A stretch of DNA of 63,779 bases, counting the filler, from Octopus bimaculoides (Eukaryota), in assembly GCF_001194135.2 (NCBI RefSeq). It is 5 parts of 5 records of this genome, joined end to end, with 100 filler letters (N's around TTAATTAATTAA, not from the genome) between each part and the next. Parts side by side here need not be neighbours in the genome. Positions count along the whole stretch, not along the records: positions 30,883 to 57,091 come from NC_068994.1; 4 more parts are not named here. One strand, 5' to 3'. The translations under genes were made by a program, and so were the position numbers. Positions 35,751 to 49,416 of this stretch are shown piece after piece (the first letter of the stretch is position 1; every line of letters starts with the position of its first letter). The notes below the pieces were generated by a model that was not told the origin of the DNA, searched no databases, and worked only from the letters and a program-made list of their open reading frames with translations.

Positions 35751-37439
35751 TGCATGTGCATGCGTATGTGTGTGCATGTGTGCATTCGTGTGTTTTGTGT
35801 GCATGTATGTGTTCTGTGTGCATGTGTGTTTTTGTGTAACACCTTGTCTTAATACTCTTTGGTGATTACAAATAACTGTTATTGTCATACAATGAATGTT
35901 ATCGGTTTCCAGTTTTCCATGAGAAATACATCTGACCTTAGGAAGATATTACCTTGCTTTGAAACAGGTGAGAAGGTTTGAAACAGGAAAGGTATCCAGC
36001 TGTGGAAAACCAGCTGCATCAAATTTATCTGACCCACACAAGCATGGAAAAGTGGACATTAAATGATGACGATAATGATTATATTGATGCATAAACACAT
36101 ACATACATAAGTACATGCATACATACATAAATACATTCATACACACAGACACACACACACATATGCACACACACATTATATATAGATATAGGTAGAATGA
36201 TAGATATATATATATATATATATGTACATATCAACACACATACATATATATATGGATATATATACATCTGTCTATCTATCTAATTATATATATTTATTTA
36301 TANNNNNNNNNNNNNNNNNNNNNNNNNNNNNNNNNNNNNNNNNNNNNNNNNNNNNNNNNNNNNNNNNNNNNNNNNNNNNNNNNNNNNNNNNNNNNNNNNN
36401 NNNNNNNNNNNNNNNNNNNNNNNNNNNNNNNNNNNNNNNNNNNNNNNNNNNNNNNNNNNNNNNNNNNNNNNNNNNNNNNNNNNNNNNNNNNNNNNNNNNN
36501 NNNNNNNNNNNNNNNNNNNNNNNNNNNNNNNNNNNNNNNNNNNNNNNNNNNNNNNNNNNNNNNNNNNNNNNNNNNNNNNNNNNNNNNNNNNNNNNNNNNN
36601 NNNNNNNNNNNNNNNNNNNNNNNNNNNNNNNNNNNNNNNNNNNNNNNNNNNNNNNNNNNNNNNNNNNNNNNNNNNNNNNNNNNNNNNNNNNNNNNNNNNN
36701 NNNNNNNNNNNNNNNNNNNNNNNNNNNNNNNNNNNNNNNNNNNNNNNNNNNNNNNNNNNNNNNNNNNNNNNNNNNNNNNNNNNNNNNNNNNNNNNNNNNN
36801 NNNNNNNNNNNNNNNNNNNNNNNNNNNNNNNNNNNNNNNNNNNNNNNNNNNNNNNNNNNNNNNNNNNNNNNNNNNNNNNNNNNNNNNNNNNNNNNNNNNN
36901 NNNNNNNNNNNNNNNNNNNNNNNNNNNNNNNNNNNNNNNNNNNNNNNNNNNNNNNNNNNNNNNNNNNNNNNNNNNNNNNNNNNNNNNNNNNNNNNNNNNN
37001 NNNNNNNNNNNNNNNNNNNNNNNNNNNNNNNNNNNNNNNNNNNNNNNNNNNNNNNNNNNNNNNNNNNNNNNNNNNNNNNNNNNNNNNNNNNNNNNNNNNN
37101 NNNNNNNNNNNNNNNNNNNNNNNNNNNNNNNNNNNNNNNNNNNNNNNNNNNNNATAGTGCTGCACATAAGCACACACAAACACACAGACATACATATACA
37201 TACATACATCTGTGTATTTATACATAACATTTATTCAAAGCTGAATCTGCTTGAGTTGTTTGTTAGTTGTGGTTACTCCAAGTAGTGACACATAGAGATT
37301 CTGATTCAAATAAATGTTATTCCACATTACCTAACAATACTCAAAACATTTTTTTTCATTTAACTGTTCACCAGTGTGAGCCCATAATCATCTATCCCTC
37401 TATCTATCTGTCTATCCGTCTATCTGCTTGCCTGCCCGT

Positions 37440-37473
37440 GTGTGTACCCATCCATCCATCCATCCATCCATCC

Positions 37474-37539
<66 letters not shown>

Positions 37540-37660
37540 TTAGGTGTGTATGTATTCTTATCTGTATAGAAACTGATAGATAGATAGATAGATAGATAGA
37601 TAGACATACATACACACAGACAGACAGATAGACAGACAGATAGATAGATAGATAGATAGA
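37440..37660. repeat. (TATC)n/(GATA)n microsatellites, head to head
   Basis: Direct tetranucleotide periodicity. Confidence 0.9.
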
Positions 37661-38007
37661 TGTTTTATGCATTTGGTGCTGGTGACTCTGCGTGTGGTAA
37701 TAAAGTAGAGTAGACAAGAGTCTTTACAGTCATTGTGGACAGTCTCTCTAGAAATGGTGTACCACAATAAATATTCCTGTACATTAAGTAATGTGATTGT
37801 CAATAGAATGAGACTCAATCCATAGAAAATATTCCCAAATATGTAAGACAAACAATATGTGGTCCACATCCTCTTTTGGACAGATGCAATACTTAAATAA
37901 GTGAAAAACTAACTTGATTCATGATAGCCATTCAAACACATGCCAACAGGGAAAATTGATTGATAATGCTGATGCACATATGTGCATGTGTGTATAATAT
38001 ATGCATA

Positions 38008-38165
38008 TGCATGGCTGTGTGATTAAGAAGCTTGCTTTCCAAATTTGTGGTTTCAGGTTCAGTCCCACTGCATTGCACTTTAGGCAAGTGTCTTCAACAA
38101 TAGCCCTAACTAACCAATGCCTTCTGAATGAATTTGGTAAACCAAAACTGTTTGGAAGCAAGTAG
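38008..38165 (+). mobile_element. SINE family A
   Basis: Similar to 5812-5977. Confidence 0.75.
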
Positions 38166-38529
38166 CATATACATATGCATATGCATATACATATANNNNN
38201 NNNNNNNNNNNNNNNNNNNNNNNNNNNNNNNNNNNNNNNNNNNNNNNNNNNNNNNNNNNNNNNNNNNNNNNNNNNNNNNNNNNNNNNNNNNNNNNNNNNN
38301 NNNNNNNNNNNNNNNNNNNNNNNNNNNNNNNNNNNNNNNNNNNNNNNNNNNNNNNNNNNNNNNNNNNNNNNNNNNNNNNNNNNNNNNNNNNNNNNNNNNN
38401 NNNNNNNNNNNNNNNNNNNNNNNNNNNNNCAGTTCTTGTAGTGATGATAGTGGAGGATATCGACTCATTACTTGTTTTTCTTAAATGCACTATAAATGTT
38501 CAATAATATCTGGGAACTGTGGTGGTCAG

Positions 38530-39345
38530 ATAAGATGTTAAACTTCACTAGAATGTTCCTTGTGTCATTCAGTAACAACTTTAGCTGTCTGAATTGGTGC
38601 ATTATCATCCTGAAAGATTGCGCTTCCCTCCAGAAACAGTTCCGCAACCATACGATGAATTTGATCAGATAAAATGTTTAAATATTCTTGACAGTTAATT
38701 CTGCCATGAAGGGAAGTCATTGGGCCAGTAGATTTCCAAGATATAGCCCCCACCCCAGATCATCACACATCGTTTGCCATGTTTAACAGTTGGAAGAAGG
38801 CAATCTGGGTCAAATGCTTCTTTTGGCTGTCTCCACATGTATACTCGGCCGGTAGTTGGAAATAAGGTAAAGGATGACTCGTCTGAGAAAATAACACCCT
38901 TCCCCTGCTCTAGGGACCAATTCTGTAGGTTTTTACTCCACTATAAACGCATTGCAACGTTTGTTTTTTAAAGTAGTTTTTTTTTCTGATTGCAGCCCTC
39001 CTGTGAAATCCAGCTTTGTGCTGCTCTTGGCGAACAGTTTTTGTGGAAACTGGGTTCTCGAGGTGGTCATTAAGCTCTGCAGTAATTTTGGGAGCTGTAC
39101 TTTTGTGATCCTTTCTAACAATTTGTGTAAGAGTCTGAGAGTCCCTAACTGAAAGTTTTAGTTTTCTTCTGGAGTTTTGTTTTGTTGAGGAGGTTTTCCC
39201 TCTTTTTCAAAGGCTGTCATTACTTTCAAGACAGTACTTCTTGATACACCAAACATTTTGGTTCTTCATTACACTAGCACCTGCCATAAAAGCACCAACA
39301 ATTTGACCTCTTTGAAGTCCAATGGATCTGTCATTTTAATGAATT
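38530..39345 (-). mobile_element. Tc1-family transposase pseudogene
   Basis: SDESSFTLFPTTGRVYMWRQPKEAFDPDCLLPTVKHG..WGAISWKSTGP..FQDDNAPI. Confidence 0.9.
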
Positions 39346-39541
39346 TTAATTACTTTTTTCCGATGATATCTGAAAAGAAACAGCAATTTTAGCAAAACAT
39401 ACTAAGCAACACTACTAATAAATCAAAAAGCTTAAAAATAAACAAGATTTTGACGGTTTTATAGATATTCTAAAATTATAAAGCTATGATGCTAGGNNNN
39501 NNNNNNNNNNNNNNNNNNNNNNNNNNNNNNNNNNNNNNNNN

Positions 39542-39581
<40 letters not shown>

Positions 39582-40781
39582 GGTCTGATCAATAAGTAAC
39601 TGGACTGTTGCCATAGTAACGAAGCTAAAGCATGCAGAGTGAAGCCATACAGTACAGATTGACCCTGAACTCTGTTGTGCATGCACACTAAGTTTTAACA
39701 TTCTAGTTCACTTCTGCTGTAAACAGCAGTGCTTGTAAGGAACGTGTGTAGTGTGTGATCGTTGCATTGACCATGGCAGAGAAAGTTGAGCAGAGAATCA
39801 AATTTTGCCAAAAGCTTGATGATATCTGCAGAACGTGTATGGAGAGGAGTGTATGAGTGGTTCAGACATTTCCAAGATGGCCAAAAGAATGTAATTAGTG
39901 ACAAAAGTTCTGGGAGACCTGCAACCAGCAGAACTGAGAAAGACATAGCAGATATGCATGCAGCTATGAAGGGAAATTGTCGAATCACCATCCTTGAGTT
40001 ATCAGAGGATGTGCAGATTAGTTATACCTCAGTTCAGTCCATTATCACTGAAGATTTAGGTATGAGACGTATGTCTGCCAAGTTAGTGCCAAAACTGCTT
40101 TCAGTTGACCAGGAAGACACTCGGGTTTCAGTTGAACGAGATCTCCTTGATTGTGTCAAGAACAATGAAAACTTTTTGAAAATGGATAATGGGTGATGAA
40201 TCGTAGGTCTATGGCTATGACCATGAGTCAAAGGCTCAGTCTCCAGAGTGGAAGACCCCAAACTCTCTGAGACCAAATGAATCAAAGAAATGTGAAGACA
40301 CTGTTGACCATTTTCTTCAACCACAAGGGGATTGTTCATCATGAGTATGCTCCACCTGGTCAGACAGTAAACAAGGAGTACCAACATGATGCTTTGTGGC
40401 ATATGTGGGATGCTATATGTCAAAAAAGGCCACAACTGCATGCATCCAGTGAGTGGCAATTGCACCATGACAATGCACCTGTCCATTCAGTGCAGCTTGT
40501 GCAGCAGTTTTTGGCTAGGTATAGCATTCCCCAGGTCTGACAGCCATTGCATTCCTCATATCTCACTCCTTGCAACTTTTTCCTCTTTCCAAAAATCAAT
40601 GCGACAAACACATGCTACACACGCTCCTTCCAAGCACTGCTGTAAACAATAGAAGTGAGGTGGAATGTTAAATCTAAGTGTGTATGCACAGCAGAGTTCA
40701 AGGTCAATCTTTTCTAAGCAACTTCACTATGTGTGCTTTAGCTTCGTCACTATGGTAACAGTCCGGATACTTATTGATCTG

Positions 40782-40786
<5 letters not shown>
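39582..40786 (+). mobile_element. mariner element, frameshifted transposase, about 190-bp inverted ends, in (TA)n
   Basis: GRPATSRT..AKLVPKLL..GDES*VYGYD..FFNHKGIVHHEY..HHDNAPVH..TPCNFFLFPKI. Confidence 0.92.
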
Positions 40787-40831
<45 letters not shown>

Positions 40832-41076
40832 AAACGAAAAGTTCCATATGTGGCTTGTCTGTTTTCCTATGTGTTCATTCTGTTGTCCATAAAAAAAGTT
40901 CGTTTTTTGTGCTTTGTTTATGTTCCTGTTCCTTTTTTTGTCTACGTTTTTTTGACGTATTGTACCCTGATATGCATCTATATATACATGTAGATGTAGA
41001 TATGTACATATATGTATGTATATACGCATATGTTCACATATCATTTGTAATACTATATATATATATATATATATAA

Positions 41077-41159
41077 AAATTCATAAGAGTAGTACAACAA
41101 GGTACCGATATTTACTGGTAGTAAATATCGGTACCTTGTTGTACTACTCTTATGAATTT
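41077..41159. repeat. Perfect 40-bp hairpin with 3-nt loop
   Basis: 41077-41116 is the exact reverse complement of 41120-41159. Confidence 0.95.
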
Positions 41160-41234
41160 ATATATATACCGTTATAGGGCTATTTTTTGCTGGAAATTGA
41201 TACATTTGTATTGAAATATTTTTCATTGATATAT

Positions 41235-42010
41235 ATATATATATATATATATATCCCTATCGCAGTACCTCTGAAACCAGTTCTTTAGGCTCTGAAGCTC
41301 AAGGTGACCCCACTGAAATTTTTTCAATCCTCCCTTATATGTTTCTTCCATTCTGCTCTTTCCATAGTCAGTTCTTCTCAGTTCTTTACATTGCTCTGCA
41401 GTTCCTTCAGTTTGCCTTTTATGCAACCTTTATCTCTCTTTTGTGGTTTATGCTGAAAATGTTTTCCTGTGCATAACTCACTTGCATTGGAATCCTGTTA
41501 TCTTCCTTATACACAACAGGGCCTGACCAATCTCTGAGGAGACATGATGGGTGACTGGGTGCTTATATATCCTGCCTTTGCAAGGATTTCTATATCAAGT
41601 CTTTTCTCTTTGCTACTTAATGTTAAGCATGTGTTTTGAACATTTTCGATGAAGGTGCTCAAGCAGCTTGAGATGCCTTCATTTAAGAAGATGCTATATT
41701 TCAGAAGCATACAATAAAGCTGTTTGTATACATACCTTGTAAATGCTCAACTTTTTATGCCAGATATTGTGGGCAAGAGAGAGAAAATATTGTATTGGTA
41801 AGGGAATGTGATGCATACAGATCAAGGTAGGTCTATGGTTAAGTGCCAATCACTTGATATTGATGGAACTTGTAGAATAAGGACACACAGGAATACTTGG
41901 GATAAAGTTAGTAGTGAAGGCTCATCTCAAGATTTCAAATCTCACAGAGGACAAGGGATCAAAATAATTGGCAATACATGGTGCTCAAAATGTATTTGTG
42001 ATGGTGACAC
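41235..42010 (-). mobile_element. Second RTE type (BovB-like) 3' ORF relic
   Basis: KLSIYKVCIQTALLYASE..HLKLLEHLHRKC..LCTGKHFQHKPQKRDKGCIK..ERAEWKKHIREG. Confidence 0.75.
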
Positions 42011-42160
42011 TGAAATTCTGGAAGCTTAGTGTGTATCTGGAAGCTTGGTGTGTAATCCTTTCCTGCCTGCACCATGGACATTTATATTTTGTTCACAAAC
42101 CAACTGGCTGTTATGTATTCTTCTTCTAGTTGTAGTGAGGTTATGTGTCTTCAGCCATTT

Positions 42161-42220
42161 GGGTCTGATGAGTTGCCTATACTGTTAAGTGCTTTATAGG
42201 TGCAAAACCAGTGATCACTC
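42161..42220 (+). ncRNA. Type I hammerhead motif A, G12>A
   Basis: GGGT-CTGATGA-GTTGCCTATA..TATAGGTGC-AAAA-CCAGTGATC-ACTC. Confidence 0.65.
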
Positions 42221-42936
42221 TGTGACCAGCTATAATTTAACTACCTGTACTTCATAAATGCAAGCTCACATGGACTGTTGGCTATTTTTTCCCTCTTTCT
42301 TCCTTTTTTTCCCTATCAAGTATTCCTCATCCTCTTATTTCCCTAGCACTCATCCCTCCATCACTTTCATAACTACTACAGTATTCTGCTTCTGTAATTA
42401 AATGAGATCAGAGTTACATATTTCATCATCCTTTTTTCTGCTATATCTATCTCCCACATTCTTTGGAATCATGACCTTTTGACATCAATACCTCATTCTT
42501 AACATCATCCCTGCCACTCACATTATCCAAAGACCACTCTTAATGTGCTACCTGTTATATTCCTCTCACCCCTCTCAACCACTTCTTACTAATTTTCTTC
42601 CATTTACCTCTAGTTACCTCCACCCCTATGACTATACATCTCATACTCTCCCCACATAGCCTTGCAATTGTTACCTGATCACCACCTCTTATCATCTTCC
42701 TATCTCTCATCCTTCCTCTTTTACTTTTCTCCTTTCTGTGTTGCCAGTCAATATAAGATTTCTTCTATATCCTCTACTACTCATATTTACCATTGACAAT
42801 TTCATCACTCTTGACAACATTCACACCTTCTTGCATTTTTATCCACTCATCACTTTCCTCATAAAAAACAAACAAATATGGGGATGTAGCACAAGCAATG
42901 TATTAGTATGACGCTCAGAGAAAGATGAGAGTGGTT

Positions 42937-42971
42937 GTTTTACATTTTGAACATAGCTCTTCTTCAGGAAC
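42937..42971 (-). ncRNA. Minimal hammerhead motif B, CpG-decayed
   Basis: GTTC-CTGAAGA-A-GAGC-TAT-GTTC-AAA-ATGT-A-AAAC. Confidence 0.5.
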
Positions 42972-43078
42972 AGGAAAAACAAGAAAGTCCAAAGGGAAGA
43001 AAGAGGGAAAAAATCGCCAACAGTTCACGTGAGTTTACATTTATGAAGTACAAGTAGTTAAAGTTATAGCTGGTCACA

Positions 43079-43138
43079 GAGTGACCACTTGTTTTGCACC
43101 TATAAAGCACTTAACAGTATAATCAACTCATCAGACCC
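43079..43138 (-). ncRNA. Type I hammerhead motif A, G12>A
   Basis: GGGT-CTGATGA-...-TATAGGTGC-AAAA-CAAGTGGTC-ACTC. Confidence 0.65.
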
Positions 43139-43592
43139 AAATGGTTGAAGGCACATAACCTCTCTGCAACTAGACGAAGAAATACATAACAGCCAGTTAG
43201 TTTGTAAACAAAATATAAATGTCCATGGTGCAAGCAGGAAAGGATTATTCCCCTTACATCAGCTCTTGCTGTGGTGATATTTGAAGGAGCTGTGGCAAGT
43301 ATATTCAATGAATGGGGAATTCCAAGTTTGTTGTGGAAAACATTTTAGATGAGGACATTGAATAAATACTTCTTTCCTGGAGTTAAAAAAGGTCCCCAGC
43401 CCTCATCTAAAATGTTTCCTACAACAAACATGGAATTCTCCATTTGTTGAATAGGCCTACTGTACCTCCCAATGTAAGTGGATAGACCCCATCCTGCCTG
43501 CACCACAAACATTTATTTTATGTTTATAAACCAACTGACTGTCGCATATTTCTTCCTCTAGTTGTAGAGAGGTTATGCACCTTCAGCTATTT

Positions 43593-43652
43593 GAGTTTGG
43601 CAAGTCGCCTATACAGCTAAGCTCTTTATAGGTGCAAAACCAATGGTCACTC
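43593..43652 (+). ncRNA. Type I hammerhead motif A, core degraded
   Basis: GAGT-TTGGCAA-GTCGCCTATA..TATAGGTGC-AAAA-CCAATGGTC-ACTC. Confidence 0.5.
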
Positions 43653-44553
43653 TATGACTGGCCATAACTTTAACTTCCCCAATAAATATAATACTGCTCT
43701 AATGCTTTAGAGTGTACTTTGTTTTCTGGTATATGACCTACTGACGATTTATATGTATACATACATACATACATACATACATATGTGTGCGTGTATAGAT
43801 GTATGTATGTATATTCACTTTTCCATGTTTGCATGGGTCAGGCATAATTTGTCGAGGCAGATTTCCTCTGGTCAGGTGTCCTTCTTGTCACCAGCTTTCA
43901 GCTGTTTCCAAGTAAGGTAATATTTTTATGATCAGACATGCTTCTACAACAAACTGGAAATGAAGAACAACACTTGCATAATGGTGACACTTCCTTACAA
44001 CTATCATGTGATGACAAGGCAAAGAGATGCACAGACAGACAGACACACAGACATACACACATGCACAATACACACATGTATATACATGCATGCAAATATA
44101 TATTTGTATATATATATATGTGTGTGTGCGTGTGTGTGTATGTGTGTGTATACATGCATATATATGATATGTATATATATATATATATATATCAATTATA
44201 TTTATATGTATACATATTTATATATACATATCTATATTGTTTCCCCATCTGGTTTTTCTGTGCTGGCATTATATATATATATAAAATATATGCATATACT
44301 ATGTTTTTTTTTGTTAATTTTGATAAAGACAAAAATTATTTAAATACAATTTTTGCTTTTTATCCAACTGAATTTTCTTTGAATGTGTTTAATATCCTCT
44401 ATTTTACTATTTCAATTTATCAAGTTAAAATTCTAAAGTGCATTTCGTGTAAAATATTTGAATATTCACATATCTATATGAATGAATATGTTTGCTATGT
44501 GTGTGTACTGATGCACATACATACATGCATGCATATATATATATATATGTGTG

Positions 44554-44585
<32 letters not shown>

Positions 44586-44672
44586 ATGTTATATATACAC
44601 ACACACATATATATCATAACGCTCTTACACACACAGATACACAATACATATATACACATATATATATGTATG

Positions 44673-44733
<61 letters not shown>

Positions 44734-45848
44734 ATATATATGTATATGAATGTATATGTGTGTGTGTGTATGTATATATATATATCCATGTATGTAATGT
44801 ATGCGGAAGTGTGTATTGAATTATTTTCACTTCGTTCACAAATGTTTGTGAAAGATATTGACTTTATATAAATATCTTTTCCTATGAATGAATAAACTCT
44901 AAAATAATAAATAGAAAAGCAATAACAATAACAATAATAATAATAATGATAACAATAGTTAAACTAATATATATGTATATATATATATATACACACATAT
45001 GTGTATATATTTATTTGCTGTTTTAGATTTTATTTTCTTTCAGCAACGTAAGAAATAAAAGAAGTCCTGTCCAATAGCAACATAATATACATAGCCTAAA
45101 GAACATATTTCCATATTGTCTGTGATTGTCATATATTGGGAAAGATTCACCAAACTTTAGAAAATCTTACTTAATGTTCAAGAACGACAATAGATAAAAT
45201 GGATAAGCACCACAACCCACATCTTTAAAAAAAGAACATGAAAATGAAAATAAAAAAAAAAAAAACAAATGTAATGAAAAAATAGAATGAAATAAAATGA
45301 AATGACTTGAAGAAAAGGAAAAACAACCTGGATGAATGTATATAGGTAATAAATTGAACATGTTTGTTTTATAAACTTCAGCACAGAAACAGATTCAATA
45401 TTTTATGTTATTGTTGTTGTTGTTGATGACTTTTAAGTAAATGCATTTTTTATTTATAGTTTTGTTGTTGATGTGACTTGTTTTCTCCGTTATTTTTTAT
45501 TTGGTTGATGTTTTACATGTTGTTGCAGTTGTGATCGTTTTAAATTTGAATGAAGAATTTTTTTTTATTTTGTTTGTTTTTTTTTTGTTTTTACAATGTT
45601 GTTTATATTAGCATTACTTGTTTTTACGCAAAAATATAATCCCTCTTCTTTTTATTTAAAGTCTCGCAAAAGGTATAAGCATATGTGTATGTGTAACCAT
45701 TTGTATGCTTTCCTCTACATGGAGCATCTGCACACATATCTCTCCCAACAAACACACTCACACACATATATATATACAAATAAATAATGTATGAAATAAA
45801 TATATACATGTATATACATGCATATGTGTCTGTGTGCAAAGGTATATC

Positions 45849-45889
<41 letters not shown>

Positions 45890-46329
45890 CAAGTGCAACT
45901 GGAGAGTGATTTAATTCACACTGCTCCACTCAAGTGGAGCATACAGGTTAGGCAGCCACATGTATGCAATCCTAAGGCTCACCCCACTAAAGTTATTAAA
46001 GGTTTTCCAACAATATGAATGCCTTATTTGGGTTGTTATTAAGAGAAAGATCTTGCAAAACCATTAAGTGGTTCCTATAATATCTAGTTGGGGCTAAGCA
46101 TCTCTGATATGTTTCTCTTGCATAAATATATTTTCCTTGTGTACATACATACATATATTACAGATCCAAGCCTTCCCTGAAACTGTAAAATTTGTAGACC
46201 TTCCAGAATTTTATCATTTGAATATATATGCACATGTCTAGACATGCAACTATATGCATGAGAATGCATACATAAAACAAAACATATACATCTGTACATG
46301 CACTGACTCCAAATACTGCGCATATACAT

Positions 46330-46480
46330 ACATGTGAAGCGGTATCAAAAAGTTCCTGGACTTGTTATGTTTAATAAAAAATAACTTGCCTAAGTTTTAG
46401 CATCATCTCCCCCAAAATAGTTATTTTGCACAGCAACACACAGTCCCAGCATTCCTGGCACTTTTAGAATCCAGCCCGAG
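46330..46480. mobile_element. mariner terminal fragment
   Basis: GTATCAAAAAGTTCCTGGAC end, then reverse-strand ..KCVAVQNNYF-type C-terminus. Confidence 0.5.
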
Positions 46481-47223
46481 AGTCAAGACTATTGAAAAGG
46501 TTGCAAGAAAGAAAGTGAAAGATAGATAGAAAGAGAGAGAGGGAGAGACAAACAGACAGATTGATGTCTAAGATCTATGAAGATACTGAGCCATTGCTGG
46601 CGATGTTTGACAACAGAGCATCAAATCACAGAAAGGGTAGCTTTTAAGATTTACACAGGAAGTTTATTAAACCTGAAATTAATAAAGAATAAACGACTAA
46701 TTGTAACAGCAAAGACAGATAATAATTTTACACTTTAAAAAAATGTAATTCTGATTGCACCTATTTCTTTTATATATATATTTTGTTTGTTTGTAGATCT
46801 GTTTGCTTTAGTTTATTTCTGTTATTAACTGAGGCCAATGCAGATGCACCAACCTAAGAAACACCAGACTCCTGCTGGTCACCTTGTCTAAAGGCCAATC
46901 CCATACTCAAGAGCTCATATTAACTGCAGATGTATTATTGGTGATTTTGAATAGACAGCTTGATTCTGTGACTCATTTTGCCTAGCTTTAGGCATTGGAT
47001 TTTCCTGACAATATTCAATATTACTTATGAAATTTACTATAAGATTCATTTTACATCTGTTTAATACTGCTCACTTTCCCTCCCCGCTCTCTCTCTCTCT
47101 TTCTCAGTATGTCTATCTAATATATGTCTATATAGCTGGACAGATAGAAAAACATCTATAATTTATTTATATATATGTGTGTGTGTGTGCATGCATGTGC
47201 GTGTGTGTATATGCACACACTAT

Positions 47224-47297
<74 letters not shown>

Positions 47298-48299
47298 TAC
47301 ATATATACATATATATCTATCTAGCTATATATATGTATATATGTATATATATATATATATAGATCTTAATTTTTAAAAATAAAAGAAGCATAAAAAACCA
47401 CATTATTTATGGGATTTCCCAATATGTATGTATGCTTGTATATAATATATATATATATATATACATATATAGCAAGAGAGAGAGAGAGAGAAAGAAAGAG
47501 TATTGTAGAGAAGTGTGTCAGAGGGTGCAACCAATATACAAAGTGCACTGTGTGCTTTTTTATGTGGCACTGGCACCTAGTGCAATATTTATAATTGAGG
47601 GGAGTTGCTTTATGTCATATGATGAAAAATGTTAAAATATGATAGGACAGGAAGATGTATCTTGCTGTTGAGGAGATACATGGTTACACAGTCAAAAATA
47701 CATGTATACGGAGTTAATATATTTAGTAACAGTTTGTCTCCAAACACCTGACAATGTGAATATGTCATGCACCCATGAAACCTCAAGTAATGTGGAACTG
47801 AGTCAAACTGATATTAATTTACATTCTTAAAGTTTTGTATCTTATTGTAATCACATTGTTTTTCTCATGTTTCATTGCTTTTTCCAGAGTTGGAAGCAAC
47901 TGAAATTCCTTTGGTTTAGCACACACATGCATGCAACAAAATCTCAAACAAACAAATGCAACCGCTATAATGAACTAAGTCACTGAGAAGGTTGCAAGAA
48001 ACAACAAAAACCAAAAGCAAAAACAACTGAATATTTAATAAATGAGTGGAATTGAACCTGTATGTGTGTTAATTATATTGGCATAATGACTCTCCTTAGA
48101 CACAGCAAGAACAAACTCAGAAAACAGTATATCCTGAAACAGTGTGATTGATAATGGAAAAAGTTATTTACTTTCTACTATACATGTCATTGAGAAATCC
48201 TCTATTAGTCATTCAACTTCCTTGAATTAAATGCAAATCTACTTAAAATTGTATATAACTGTCTTAAAAAAAAGAAACAAATAAAAGACAATGTGACTC

Positions 48300-48655
48300 T
48301 AGATGTATCATCCTATCTTCTTTTATCTTTTATTGTTTGATTGCTTCAATCATTGGATTGTAGCCATGTCAAGCATCGCTTTGAAGAGTTTCATTGAACA
48401 AGTTGACCTTACCATTTTTTTTTTTTTGTGTATGGTACATATTGTATTGGTCGCACAAGGTCATCAATTTCGGGGGAAAGAGTAAGTCAGTTACATCAAC
48501 TCCAGTATTCAACTGGTACTATTGTGATCGATCCTGAAGGGATGAAAGACCAAGTTGACTTTTGCAGAGTTTGAACTTTGAACAAAAAGATAAGCAAAAT
48601 ACTCCTAAGAATTTTGCCCAGCTTGCTAATGATTCTTCTATCTTACTGCCTTAAA
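48300..48655 (-). mobile_element. Decayed SINE B/C-type copies
   Basis: Similar to 20735-20966, with CpG sites changed to TG/CA. Confidence 0.7.
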
Positions 48656-49416
48656 GAGAAATATTATTAGAAGGAAAAAGAAATATTGCTGTAAATAAGA
48701 AAGGATTTACATTTCATCTCTCTCTATATAAAGAAGTTCAACTGAAAATTTTTCTTCCTCCTTCTCATAACAAAATAGTTTATTCCATTTCCACCTTTCA
48801 TTTTTTTCTTTTTTTAGCTCAGCTCACTTCTTGTGACAGACATCTTGTGAAATAGACATCAATGGCATAACTACAGTGTGTGCCGCCTAGAGGACAGTCC
48901 TTGAGTTTGTTCTTTGCCTCAAACACACACACTCATCTCTGATACAAGCTTACACAATAAACTTAAACATGCTGTCTCCATAAAAGTGTCACCCAGAGCA
49001 AGATTTCCCCTTACCGCTAGCCCCCTAGCTACTCTACTGTCAGACACATGTCGTACTGATAGATACTCAAAATTACAATTCCATAATTTCATCTCAGATC
49101 CAGAAATCAAGAGAGTAGTGTGCCCTTGTTGGTGTACTTTTTAGTATACTCTTTAACGTATGTTCTGTAAATCACATTGATCCATTGTAGAATTATGGGA
49201 TATCTGCATTTTTCTACATCTTTTTATAGACTTACTAACACTTCCTAGTAGGCAAATTGTAGACGTGCTGGAGTACAACTTCGGATTATATTTATTTATT
49301 TATTTGGTTGCTGGGAGGATGAAGACTGAAGACAGCTATAGAGAGAGTATCACGGGAGGGAGAAAGAAAGGATACTCAAGAAGGCATGATATGCTACCTT
49401 CAAAGAAGATCTAAAG

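Larger units (their letters stand above)
42053..43680. mobile_element. Penelope-like/retrozyme-like cluster: three copies of a hammerhead-bearing unit (+,-,+)
   Basis: 42053-42320 is inverted at about 42990-43248. Third copy at 43490-43680. Confidence 0.75.
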
